A stretch of 32,000 nt of DNA from NCBI RefSeq assembly GCF_001457595.1, contig NZ_LN831039.1:6240001-6272000 (forward strand), read 5' to 3'. The stretch comes from Mycolicibacterium smegmatis. GTDB lineage: Bacteria > Actinomycetota > Actinomycetes > Mycobacteriales > Mycobacteriaceae. A model generated the notes under the pieces. The model had not been told where the DNA came from. It did not search any database and worked only from the letters and a program-made list of their open reading frames with translations. The translations under genes and the position numbers were made by a program. Below are positions 7,604 to 17,537 of the stretch, in pieces (the stretch's first letter is position 1; the number at the start of each line of letters is the position of its first letter).

Positions 7604-7622
7604 GCTAGCCCGCTTGAGCTAT
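7595..7622. repeat. Tandem 14-bp duplication CCCGCTTGAGCTA(G/T) x2 at the convergent dgoT / Rv3662c-like junction
   Basis: Unit 1 (7595-7608) carries the dgoT stop TGA (7601-7603) and the minus-strand stop (CTA, 7605-7607). Unit 2 (7609-7622) encodes the last residues (..AQAG) of the minus-strand gene. 13 of 14 positions are identical. Confidence 0.9.
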
Positions 7623-8360
7623 GTGCTGCGCGATCTGGAGCGCCTCACGCGCTCCGGCGTGCAGCGCCTCGCAGCCGAGCAGCAGCCACGCGGTCAGACC
7701 GTCGGTGGTCCCCGACGCGAATCCGCGGGCGGCCCCACGGTACTCGCCCGACTTGCGCATCCAGTGCACCTCGGGCACGCCGAGACCGTGCGGGTCCAGC
7801 CCGCTCGCGATCGTTACCAGCCGCGAGACCGCGCGCGCCACCACACCGTCGGCCGTGCCGAACGGGGCCAGCGTCAGCAACTCCCCGTGCGCGACGGCGG
7901 CCAGCACCGGGGCGGGCACCTTGGACCCGCCGGTGAGAAGTTCGATCAGCAACTCCAGCCGCGGCCCCACCTCGGGGTCGGTGCGGGGACGGCCCAGGTG
8001 CTCGTCGTCGGTGAGATCGGCTGCTGCCAGCGCGTGCAACCGGGCCAGCGCCTGCATCGGCGCGCGCTGCCACACCGTCACCAACGAGGTCGCGCCGCCT
8101 TCGAGCGCCTCGGCCACGCGGATCGCACCCGCGGTCACCGGATCTGGGTCGCCGTCGGCCGACAGCTGCACCGTCCCGCCGTCCAGCACGGCCGACGCGC
8201 GGGCGCCACGCAGCACGGACTCGGCCGCGGTCTGCGGCCAGCCCCGCAGGTTGACCTTGTGTCGGTGCGCGCGTCCGAGCGCGTCCCGCGCCTCGTCGCA
8301 GGCCGCGGCGACGCCGGGCAGCTCGAACAGCGGCGCGAGAGGATCAGGGCGCTCGGTCAT
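7605..8360 (-). CDS. Conserved hypothetical protein, Rv3662c-like; possible degenerate Fic-like fold
   Basis: 251-aa ORF with GC-rich third positions. The segment AAVAHGELLTLAPFGTADGVVARAVSRLV resembles a Fic core (HPFxxGNGRxxR) but lacks the catalytic His and the GNG. The Rv3662c assignment rests on size and position only. Confidence 0.7.
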   Translation of the reverse strand: MTERPDPLAPLFELPGVAAACDEARDALGRAHRHKVNLRGWPQTAAESVLRGARASAVLDGGTVQLSADGDPDPVTAGAIRVAEALEGGATSLVTVWQRAPMQALARLHALAAADLTDDEHLGRPRTDPEVGPRLELLIELLTGGSKVPAPVLAAVAHGELLTLAPFGTADGVVARAVSRLVTIASGLDPHGLGVPEVHWMRKSGEYRGAARGFASGTTDGLTAWLLLGCEALHAGAREALQIAQHIAQAG

Positions 8361-8468
8361 AACCAGCCACGCTAGTCGACCGCTGATCGCGTCTTCGCCG
8401 ACCGTTCAGCGCATTCAGACCACCGTCCACCAGCAGACATGTGAGGGTCCAACGTGTGTGCAACGTTC

Positions 8469-8484
8469 GGTGACTAGGCTCACA
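8469..8484. promoter_or_regulatory. CRP-type operator candidate GGTGA-CTAGGC-TCACA (9/10 match to TGTGA-N6-TCACA)
   Basis: Inverted repeat GTGA-N6-TCAC ending 4 bp upstream of the acs ATG and overlapping the candidate -10 TAGGCT. Confidence 0.35.
8475..8480 (+). promoter_or_regulatory. -10 candidate TAGGCT, 7 nt upstream of acs ATG 8488 (leaderless arrangement)
   Basis: TANNNT hexamer plus 7 nt plus ATG. No Shine-Dalgarno sequence is present. Confidence 0.35.
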
Positions 8485-8487
8485 GCC

Positions 8488-10443
<1,956 letters not shown>

Positions 10444-10460
10444 CCTCGCAACGAGCATCG

Positions 10461-10494
10461 GAACTGCCCGGTCTCCTCGGAGACCGGGCAGTTC
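10461..10494. terminator. Bidirectional hairpin terminator between convergent acs and the protease gene
   Basis: Perfect 15-bp inverted repeat GAACTGCCCGGTCTC-CTCG-GAGACCGGGCAGTTC, followed by TGTTCAT on the + strand. Confidence 0.7.
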
Positions 10495-10512
10495 TGTTCA
10501 TGCGTCTGGCAG

Positions 10513-11229
10513 CTACCGGATCGGGACGAAGCCCGTGCCGGGACGGTTCTTGGCGGTGATGTCGGCCAGTTGAGTGTTGATCGACATGGTGACCGCGGGC
10601 GTGTGCAGCGGCACGAACTTCACGACGCACGTGGGCAGATCCTCGGTGAACGCGCCGTGGATCATGCCGACCAGCAGGTTGTTGACCGTCACGGGCGCCC
10701 CGGAGTCACCGGGCTGGCCGCACACCTGGTTGACGATGGTGCCGGGATCCTTGCCCGGGCCCCACGTCACGCCGCACGAATAGCCCGTGGTGCGGCCCAG
10801 CTTGCACGCGATCTCGCCGAACCGCGGATCCGGTCCGATGCCGTCGATACGGAACCCGTTGATGTTGTTGGTCGGCGTGACCTTCTGCGGGTCGAACTCG
10901 ATCACCGCGTAGTCGAGCAGGTCGTTGCCCGCGACCATCGTGCCCAGCACGCCCGCGGCGACGTCGCTCTCGGCGGCCACGGTCGCGCCGGGCCCGCCGC
11001 AGTGCGCAGAGGTGAACCCGATGAGCCGGCCCGCGTTGTCGTGGCCGATCGCGGTGAGGGTGCAGAACGACTCGCCGTCGACGACGATGCCCGACCCGCC
11101 GCCGAGCACCACGGGAGGTGCGGCTTGCGCGTGCCCCGAAGTCCACGGAGCAAGCACAGCGAACAAGGCAACAACCGGTGCACCAACAAGCAACCGCCAG
11201 CGGTGTCTGCTCGCCAACTGTCCTCCCAT
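10513..11229 (-). CDS. Secreted chymotrypsin-fold (S1) serine protease; Rv3668c-like
   Basis: 238 aa. Signal peptide RWRLLVGAPVVALFAVLAPWTSGHAQA. Catalytic triad contexts TSAHCG, DYAVIE, GDSGAP. Confidence 0.85.
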   Translation of the reverse strand: MGGQLASRHRWRLLVGAPVVALFAVLAPWTSGHAQAAPPVVLGGGSGIVVDGESFCTLTAIGHDNAGRLIGFTSAHCGGPGATVAAESDVAAGVLGTMVAGNDLLDYAVIEFDPQKVTPTNNINGFRIDGIGPDPRFGEIACKLGRTTGYSCGVTWGPGKDPGTIVNQVCGQPGDSGAPVTVNNLLVGMIHGAFTEDLPTCVVKFVPLHTPAVTMSINTQLADITAKNRPGTGFVPIR

Positions 11230-11359
11230 CGACGCGCCCGACCCGCGTAACCCAATGAACTACGGGGAAGTCTACTGGGGTCGGTTCACTGGCCCGGATC
11301 GTTTACCCCGTGCCCGCATGGCAACATGAACCGCGAAACGCATTGAATCCGGGGAGGAT

Positions 11360-11875
11360 GTGTCCGTGAGCATTGGCGACCGCAGGAACGGCGTACCGGC
11401 AACGGTGACCTCGATTCCGCTGGTGGATCCGCACGCCCCCAAGCCGGATCCGTCGATCGGCGATCTGGTCAAGGACGCCACCGCGCAGGTCTCGACGCTC
11501 GTGCGCGCCGAGGTGGAACTGGCCAAGGCCGAGATCACGCGCGACGTCAAGAAGGGCCTCACGGGCAGCGTCTTCTTCATCGCCGCGCTCGTGGTGCTGT
11601 TCTACTCGACGTTCTTTTTCTTCTTCTTCCTGGCCGAACTTCTCGACACGTGGCTGTGGCGGTGGGTCGCGTTCCTGATCGTGTTCGCCATCATGCTGGT
11701 GGTCACGGGCGCGCTGGCGCTGTTCGGTTTCCTCAAGGTGCGCCGTATCCGCGGGCCGCGCCAGACCATCGAATCCGTCAAGGAAACGCGTGAGGCACTG
11801 ACGCCGGGCCACGACAAGACCCCCGCTCAGGTCGACGCCGACGCCAAACCGGCCTCTGACCCGTCCGGCTGGTAA
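11360..11875 (+). CDS. Holin-X / DUF-type two-TM membrane protein; Rv3669-like
   Basis: 171 aa. SIGDLVKDATAQVSTLVRAEVELAKAEI amphipathic N-region followed by two hydrophobic helices, typical of the actinobacterial Holin-X family. SD GGGGAGGA is upstream. GTG 11366 may be the real start (better SD spacing). Confidence 0.75.
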   Translation: MSVSIGDRRNGVPATVTSIPLVDPHAPKPDPSIGDLVKDATAQVSTLVRAEVELAKAEITRDVKKGLTGSVFFIAALVVLFYSTFFFFFFLAELLDTWLWRWVAFLIVFAIMLVVTGALALFGFLKVRRIRGPRQTIESVKETREALTPGHDKTPAQVDADAKPASDPSGW

Positions 11876-12825
11876 TGCCGGCACCTGACCCCTCGGTCAC
11901 TCGGATCGACGGGCCGTGGCGGCATCTGCAGGTGCACGCCAACGGCATTCGCTTCCACGTCGTCGAAGCCGCGCCCGAGGCAGTCGAACCCGGAGTCACC
12001 AGCGATCGGCCGCTGGTCATCCTGCTGCACGGCTTCGGATCGTTCTGGTGGTCGTGGCGTCACCAACTCACGGGCCTGCGCGACGCGCGTGTGGTCGCGG
12101 TCGATCTGCGCGGGTACGGCGGCAGCGACAAACCGCCCCGCGGCTACGACGGCTGGACGCTGGCCGGCGACACCGCCGGTCTGGTGCGCGCGCTGGGCCA
12201 CACGTCCGCGACGCTCGTGGGTCACGCCGACGGCGGCCTGGTGTGCTGGGCGACCTCGGTGCTGCATCCGCGCGCGGTGAACGCGATCGCGGTCATCAGC
12301 TCCCCGCATCCGGTGGCGCTGCGCGCCTCGGCGTTGCGACGCCGCGATCAGGGCCGCGCGCTGCTGCCGTGGATGCTGGGCTACCAGGTGCCGATGTGGC
12401 CCGAGCGCAAGCTCACCCGCCACGACGCCGCCGAACTCGAGCGCGTGGTCCGCAGCCGCGCCGGGGACGCGTGGCAGCAGACCCCGGACTTCGCCGAGAC
12501 GATGCGACATCTGCGCCGCGCCATCCAGATTCCCGGTGCCGCGCACTCGGCGCTGGAATACCAGCGCTGGGCCGTGCGCAGCCAACTGCGCGGTGAGGGC
12601 AGGCGGTTCATGGCGTCGATGCGGCGACCGGTGAACGTACCGGTGCTGCACCTGCGTGGCGACGAGGATCCCTACGTGCTGCCCGACCCGGTGTACCGCA
12701 CGCAGCGGTTCGCGCCACACGGCCGGTACGTATCGATCACCGGCGCCGGGCATTTCGCGCACGAGGAGCAGCCCGACGCCGTCAACGAGCAGCTGGGCAG
12801 GTTCCTGACGCAGATCAGGAGTTGA
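11875..12825 (+). CDS. ephE: Alpha/beta-hydrolase, epoxide-hydrolase-like; Rv3670-like
   Basis: 316 aa. HGFGSFWWSW oxyanion region and nucleophile elbow GHADGG (Asp nucleophile, as in epoxide hydrolases). TAATG overlap with the upstream gene. The gene symbol is assigned by synteny only. Confidence 0.8.
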   Translation: MPAPDPSVTRIDGPWRHLQVHANGIRFHVVEAAPEAVEPGVTSDRPLVILLHGFGSFWWSWRHQLTGLRDARVVAVDLRGYGGSDKPPRGYDGWTLAGDTAGLVRALGHTSATLVGHADGGLVCWATSVLHPRAVNAIAVISSPHPVALRASALRRRDQGRALLPWMLGYQVPMWPERKLTRHDAAELERVVRSRAGDAWQQTPDFAETMRHLRRAIQIPGAAHSALEYQRWAVRSQLRGEGRRFMASMRRPVNVPVLHLRGDEDPYVLPDPVYRTQRFAPHGRYVSITGAGHFAHEEQPDAVNEQLGRFLTQIRS

Positions 12826-14005
12826 TGCAGGTCCCGGTGGCGACGCGCTCGGTGTTGCCGATCTTGGCGAGCTGGCGCTCGACCTCCTTGGCGGTGAGCA
12901 CGAAGCCCGTGTCGACGTCGTCGACGGCCGCACCGAACACCACGCCGAGCACCTTGCCCGCCCGGTTGATCATCGGCCCACCCGAATTGCCTTGCCGCAC
13001 CGTTCCTCTGACGGTGTAAACCTCGCGGGTCACGGTGGTGGTGCGGTAGATGTCGGGTCCGTTGAGCTCGATGATCTCGCGCACCCGCGCGGGCGTGGCC
13101 AGGAAGTCGCCACCGCCCGGGTAGCCCATCACCACGGCATCGGTGCCCTGCGGCGCCGGGTCCGCCGCGAACGCCAGCGGCGCCGACGGCAGGTTCGGCA
13201 CGTCGAGGATCGAGATGTCGGCGTCGGGGTCGTACGAGACCACGTGCGCGTCGTAGGTCTCGCCGTCGACCTCCACGGTCACGCTGTCGGCACCGGCCAC
13301 CACGTGCGCGTTGGACATCACGCGGCTGGGCGCGACCACGAATCCACTGCCCTCCAACACCTTCTGGCAGCTCGGCGCGACGCCGCGGATCTTGACCACA
13401 CTGGGCCGCGTCGCGGCGACCACGGCGTCGTCGGCCAACGCCGCATCAGGCGCGTCGACGTTGACGATCGGGGTGCGGCCGAACGGCTCGAGCACATCGG
13501 GCAGGCCCGAGGTGTCCAGCAGCCCCGACAGCCGCGTCGGCACCTGGCGCAGCCACGTCGGCGCCACACGGTCCACCTCGGACAGCACCCGCGAACCCTT
13601 CACGGCGGCCGCGAGGTTCGGCTGGTCCGACGACGTCAGCAGGCTGCCCAGCAGCCACGCCGCGACCAGGACCGCGACGAGCATCAGGCTCACGCCGACG
13701 ACCGAGTCGAACGCGCGGAACAGTCCGCTGCGGATGGTGCCGCGCACCGCGCGACCCAGCACCACACCCGCGATCTCGCCGACCACGACGAGCGCGAGGA
13801 TGAGGAACAGCGTCACGAACAGTTTGGTGCGCGCGCCGTCCACGTGCGGGATCACGTGCGGGGCCAGCAGCACACCGGCCACCGCACCGAGCACGACGCC
13901 GATGAACGACATCAACGAGCCCAGCGCCCCCGAACGCCAACCCGAGATGGCGGCGACGAAGGCGATGGCGACGACGGCCAGATCAAGCCACAGCGAGGGT
14001 GTCAT
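12815..14005 (-). CDS. marP: Membrane-anchored periplasmic serine protease MarP (CvpA-like 4-TM domain + trypsin-like domain); Rv3671c-like
   Basis: 396 aa from ATG 14005. N-terminal TM helices, then MSNAHVV, DISILDV, GNSGGP (His/Asp/Ser contexts). Its ATG shares one base with the nudix stop (TGATG). Its 3' end overlaps ephE by 11 nt. Confidence 0.9.
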   Translation of the reverse strand: MTPSLWLDLAVVAIAFVAAISGWRSGALGSLMSFIGVVLGAVAGVLLAPHVIPHVDGARTKLFVTLFLILALVVVGEIAGVVLGRAVRGTIRSGLFRAFDSVVGVSLMLVAVLVAAWLLGSLLTSSDQPNLAAAVKGSRVLSEVDRVAPTWLRQVPTRLSGLLDTSGLPDVLEPFGRTPIVNVDAPDAALADDAVVAATRPSVVKIRGVAPSCQKVLEGSGFVVAPSRVMSNAHVVAGADSVTVEVDGETYDAHVVSYDPDADISILDVPNLPSAPLAFAADPAPQGTDAVVMGYPGGGDFLATPARVREIIELNGPDIYRTTTVTREVYTVRGTVRQGNSGGPMINRAGKVLGVVFGAAVDDVDTGFVLTAKEVERQLAKIGNTERVATGTCINS

Positions 14006-14793
14006 CAAATTCCAGTTCCACGATGGGCTTCACCGTAACTGCTCGCACGGCCGACTAGCGCCATTGCTTCCTCCAGTCCCCGCACGTCGTCGGTGTTCCA
14101 CGGCTTGGCCCAGCCCGCGACATCGAGCATCGCCGAGATCACCTGACCCGTGAAACCCCACACCAACATCTCGTTGAGCAGGAACGCCGGACCCGCGAAA
14201 CGGCTCGTGTTGCTCTCGCGGTACACCATCAGCCGGTTCTCCGGATTGATGAACGCGCGCACCGGCACCCGCGACACCGCCGCGGTCTCGGCCTCGTCGA
14301 CCACGGTCACCGGGCCCGGATCCGGCGAGTACGCCAGCACCGGGACGACGTGGAAGCCCGACGGCGGGATGAACATCTTGTCCAGCGTGGCCAGCGGGTG
14401 CAGCCGGCTGGTGTCGACGCCGGTCTCCTCGGTGGCCTCGCGGAATGCCGTCGCGACCGGGCCGGTGTCCCCGGGATCGGTGGCGCCGCCCGGGAACGCG
14501 GCCTGCCCGGCGTGGTGACGCAGCGTCGAGGCGCGGACCGTCACCAGCAGGTCGGCGTCGTCGGGCAGCACCCCCGCCGGCGCGTCCGGCGGGCCGGAGA
14601 ACAGCACCAGAACGGCCGCGTCGCGCCGCGAACCGGTTTCGGCGGCCTGATGATTGGCCTCGACGATGCTCGCGAGCACCTCGGGCGGGACCCGGCGGCG
14701 GTAGGCGTTCGGCACGTGCCCGACGTTGTCCAACAGCGGTCTGAGCCAGGGCGGGGCGGCGTCGGGAACCAGCCCCTCGGGCGTCGAACTCAC
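14005..14793 (-). CDS. NUDIX hydrolase (CoA pyrophosphatase-like); Rv3672c-like
   Basis: 262 aa. Nudix box GGATDPGDTGPVATAFREATEETGV. GTG start. Confidence 0.85.
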   Translation of the reverse strand: MSSTPEGLVPDAAPPWLRPLLDNVGHVPNAYRRRVPPEVLASIVEANHQAAETGSRRDAAVLVLFSGPPDAPAGVLPDDADLLVTVRASTLRHHAGQAAFPGGATDPGDTGPVATAFREATEETGVDTSRLHPLATLDKMFIPPSGFHVVPVLAYSPDPGPVTVVDEAETAAVSRVPVRAFINPENRLMVYRESNTSRFAGPAFLLNEMLVWGFTGQVISAMLDVAGWAKPWNTDDVRGLEEAMALVGRASSYGEAHRGTGI

Positions 14794-14804
14794 CCTCGGT
14801 GCTC

Positions 14805-15452
14805 CTATCGGCTCGATCGGATCAACTCATCGACCGCCGCCGCGATCTCGTCGGCGTCGACGAACGAGCGGGGCAGGATCTCGGCAACGCTACCGTCCGG
14901 ACGCAGCACAACGGTGGCAGGCATGACGTTGGGCACCTTGAGTGCCGCGGCGACCAGCCTGCGGCCGTCCTGCAACGTCGGCAGCCGCACGCCCAGTTCG
15001 GCGAGCCGCAGCAGCGCGGCCGTCTCGTTCTCATCCTGGTGCACCGTGAGCACCAGGACGTCGGGGTTGCGGCGCTGGTACTCGGCCATCGCGGGCAGTT
15101 CGTCGGCGCACGGGCCGCACCAGTACGCCCACAAATTCAGCACCACGGGCCGGCCGGCCAGCGCCGCGGCGACGTCGACCGGGTCTCCGTCGCCCGCGCA
15201 TTCGAGGGTCATCCCGCGCAGCGCCTCGGGTCCCTGCCCGTTTCCCGGGCCGGGGCACGGCGGCAGATCGGCGCGGGCGCGGGGTTCGGCGAGCGCCTCG
15301 GGGGTGTCGGCGTCGCGGTGGTCGCGCGCCGTCGCGCTGGGAGCCTCGGCACCCGGGGCCGCGCCGTCGTCACGCAACTCCAGCCAGAATGCGGTGCCCA
15401 ACGCCAGCAGAACCACCAGGACCGCGACGGTCCACCGGGTCGAGACGCTCAT
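14805..15452 (-). CDS. TlpA/ResA-like membrane-anchored thioredoxin-fold protein; Rv3673c-like
   Basis: ATG 15452 gives MSVSTRWTVAVLVVLLALGTAFWL (signal anchor) and the redox motif WAYWCGPC. The longer track ORF (to 15593) would overlap nth and is rejected. Confidence 0.8.
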   Translation of the reverse strand: MSVSTRWTVAVLVVLLALGTAFWLELRDDGAAPGAEAPSATARDHRDADTPEALAEPRARADLPPCPGPGNGQGPEALRGMTLECAGDGDPVDVAAALAGRPVVLNLWAYWCGPCADELPAMAEYQRRNPDVLVLTVHQDENETAALLRLAELGVRLPTLQDGRRLVAAALKVPNVMPATVVLRPDGSVAEILPRSFVDADEIAAAVDELIRSSR

Positions 15453-15466
15453 CGTGTGCCCACGGC

Positions 15467-16246
15467 TCACAAACCGGCCAGCGCCAGCAGATGCTCGGTC
15501 TCGGGGCCTTTGACCAGGGCGGCCGCGGTCGGCGGGTCGGTGGGGCCGATGCCGTACGACGGGCAGTCCTTGGCCAGCACGCACACGCCGCACGCGGGTT
15601 TACGGGCGTGGCACACGCGGCGGCCGTGGAAGATCACGCGGTGGCTCAGCAGGGTCCACTCGCTGCGTTCGATGAGCTCGGCCACCGCGAACTCGACCTT
15701 GACCGGATCCTCGTGGTCGGTCCAGCGCCAGCGGCGCACGAGCCGGCCGAAGTGCGTGTCGACCGTGATGCCGGGGATGTCGAAGGCGTTGCCCAGGATG
15801 ACGTTGGCGGTCTTGCGCCCGACTCCGGGCAGCGTGACCAGCTCGTCGAGGGTCTTGGGCACCTCACCGTCGAAGCGCTCGACGAGTTCCTGGCCGAGCT
15901 TGATCAGCGAGTTGGCCTTGTTCCGGTAGAACCCCGTTGGCCGGATCAGCTCTTCGAGTTCGGTGCGGTCGGCCTGCGCGTAGTCGAGCGCGGTGCGGTA
16001 CTTCTTGAACAGCGCGGGCGTGGTCAGGTTGACCCGCTTGTCGGTGCTCTGCGCCGACAGGATGGTCGCGACCGTGAGCTCGAGCGGGTTGGTGAAGTCC
16101 AGCTCGCAGTACACGTGCGGGAACGCCTTGGCCAGCGTCCGGTTCATCCGTCGGGCACGACGCACGAGACCCAGGTGCGTCTCGGAGTCCCACTTCTTCG
16201 CGTCCGACTTCTTTGGTTTCGCCGCCCGGGCGGCACCCGCACTCAC
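15467..16246 (-). CDS. nth: Endonuclease III
   Basis: HhH-GPD motif [17 protein letters not shown]. [4Fe-4S] cluster loop [20 protein letters not shown] 16246 was chosen because TACCCT + 7 nt precedes it. Upstream in-frame codons are possible. Confidence 0.9.
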   Translation of the reverse strand: MSAGAARAAKPKKSDAKKWDSETHLGLVRRARRMNRTLAKAFPHVYCELDFTNPLELTVATILSAQSTDKRVNLTTPALFKKYRTALDYAQADRTELEELIRPTGFYRNKANSLIKLGQELVERFDGEVPKTLDELVTLPGVGRKTANVILGNAFDIPGITVDTHFGRLVRRWRWTDHEDPVKVEFAVAELIERSEWTLLSHRVIFHGRRVCHARKPACGVCVLAKDCPSYGIGPTDPPTAAALVKGPETEHLLALAGL

Positions 16247-16253
16247 GCCTGTC

Positions 16254-16259
16254 AGGGTA
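16254..16259 (-). promoter_or_regulatory. -10 candidate TACCCT, 7 nt upstream of nth GTG 16246 (leaderless arrangement)
   Basis: TANNNT hexamer on the minus strand, then GACAGGC, then GTG. Confidence 0.35.
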
Positions 16260-16395
16260 CTGACCACGGCTGACGGTGCCCGATCGGCGTGTTGAGCCCG
16301 TATTGAGGCGAGGCGGCGGCGACACACCCGACCGGTGGCATTTGTGCCCCGGTTTGTGACCCTGCTGAGACCTGGGCCGTGTTAACTACTGGCTT

Positions 16396-16689
16396 GTGTC
16401 TTGGCTGCTGGTGGCGCTCACCCCGGGGTTGCTCATGCTGGCGACGTTCGGCCTGGACCGGCTCGAGGCCGGTCTGGCCCGCGAGCAGGCACCACGCCAG
16501 GTCAGGAGCACCGCTCGTGGCGCGGCCTCGGCCTTGGCGGCCCTGCCGGTGAGCGAGCTGCACCACCGCGAACTGGTCCTTCAGACCGTCGGTTCGAGCT
16601 CTTCCGACGCCCATCTACCGCTCCGGCGCAGCGATCCGCAGGCGACCAATCCGCAGTTTCCGGCGACTCGCCATGCCTATCGTGTGTAG
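16396..16689 (+). CDS. Small membrane protein; Rv3675-like
   Basis: 97-aa ORF with a GTG start. N-terminal TM helix SWLLVALTPGLLMLATFGL. High GC3. Position between nth and crp as in M. tuberculosis. Confidence 0.55.
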   Translation: MSWLLVALTPGLLMLATFGLDRLEAGLAREQAPRQVRSTARGAASALAALPVSELHHRELVLQTVGSSSSDAHLPLRRSDPQATNPQFPATRHAYRV

Positions 16690-16778
16690 CGTTGGCTAGT
16701 CGCGAAACCGCGTACCTCTAGACTGAGCAGGCAATATCAGTCTGAGGTCTTACCACCCATTAGCTTAAGAGGGGCAAC

Positions 16779-17453
16779 GTGGACGAGATCCTGGCCAGGG
16801 CCGGAATCTTCCAGGGAGTCGAACCCACCGCCGTTGCGGCGCTGACCAAGCAGTTGCAGCCCGTCGACTTCCCGCGCGGACACACCGTGTTCGCCGAAGG
16901 TGAGCCCGGCGATCGGCTGTACATCATCATCTCCGGCAAGGTGAAGATCGGCCGCCGGTCCCCGGACGGTCGCGAGAACCTGCTGACCATCATGGGTCCG
17001 TCGGACATGTTCGGTGAGCTGTCGATCTTCGACCCCGGCCCCCGTACGTCCAGCGCGACCACGATCACCGAGGTGCGCGCGGTCTCGATGGACCGCGATG
17101 CGCTGCGCGCCTGGATCGCCGACCGGCCCGAGATCGCCGAGCAGCTGCTGCGCGTGCTCGCGCGCCGCCTGCGCCGCACCAACAACAACCTGGCGGATCT
17201 GATCTTCACCGACGTGCCCGGTCGTGTCGCCAAGCAGCTCCTGCAGCTGGCGCAGCGGTTCGGCACGCAGGAGGGCGGCGCGCTGCGCGTCACCCACGAC
17301 CTCACGCAGGAAGAGATCGCCCAGCTGGTCGGCGCGTCGCGCGAGACCGTCAACAAGGCGCTGGCCGACTTCGCCCACCGCGGCTGGATCCGCCTGGAGG
17401 GCAAGAGCGTGCTGATCTCCGACAGCGAGCGTCTGGCCCGCCGCGCCCGCTAG
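16779..17453 (+). CDS. crp: cAMP receptor protein (CRP/FNR family)
   Basis: 224 aa. cNMP-binding domain ([18 protein letters not shown]) and C-terminal HTH ([27 protein letters not shown]). SD AAGAGGGG is upstream of GTG 16779. Confidence 0.95.
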   Translation: MDEILARAGIFQGVEPTAVAALTKQLQPVDFPRGHTVFAEGEPGDRLYIIISGKVKIGRRSPDGRENLLTIMGPSDMFGELSIFDPGPRTSSATTITEVRAVSMDRDALRAWIADRPEIAEQLLRVLARRLRRTNNNLADLIFTDVPGRVAKQLLQLAQRFGTQEGGALRVTHDLTQEEIAQLVGASRETVNKALADFAHRGWIRLEGKSVLISDSERLARRAR

Positions 17454-17465
17454 CACCTCGCCCCG

Positions 17466-17531
17466 TTCGCCGAAACGGCATTCCGTCAGGGAAGTGCAAG
17501 TCACCCCCTGCTGGAATGCGGTTTCGGCGAA
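17466..17531. terminator. Long imperfect hairpin between convergent crp and the MBL gene (bidirectional terminator candidate, no U-tract)
   Basis: 19-nt arms TTCGCCGAAACGGCATTCC / GGAATGCGGTTTCGGCGAA (one mismatch), extended inside by CAGGG/CCCTG and GTG/CAC. Confidence 0.55.
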
Positions 17532-17537
17532 AGAACG

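Noticed and set aside
7621-8487. 5' extensions of the track ORFs for acs (7621-), dgoT (5837-), the MBL gene (to 18593), the thioredoxin-like gene (to 15593) and the PLP enzyme (30365-)
   Set aside because: The extensions overlap neighbouring, well-supported genes on the same or opposite strand. They exist only because stop codons are rare. Internal starts give proteins of the family-typical lengths.
11827-15929. ORFs 11827-12933 (-), 12992-14038 (+), 13311-14153 (+), 14350-15513 (+) and 14799-15929 (+)
   Set aside because: They are opposite or out of frame to ephE, marP, the nudix gene, the thioredoxin-like gene and nth, all of which carry catalytic motifs. The products are Arg/Pro/Gly-rich.
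16355-16370. TGTGA-CCCTGC-TGAGA upstream of the Rv3675-like gene and crp as a CRP autoregulatory site
   Set aside because: Only one good half-site; the second half matches 3 of 5. Not distinguishable from chance.
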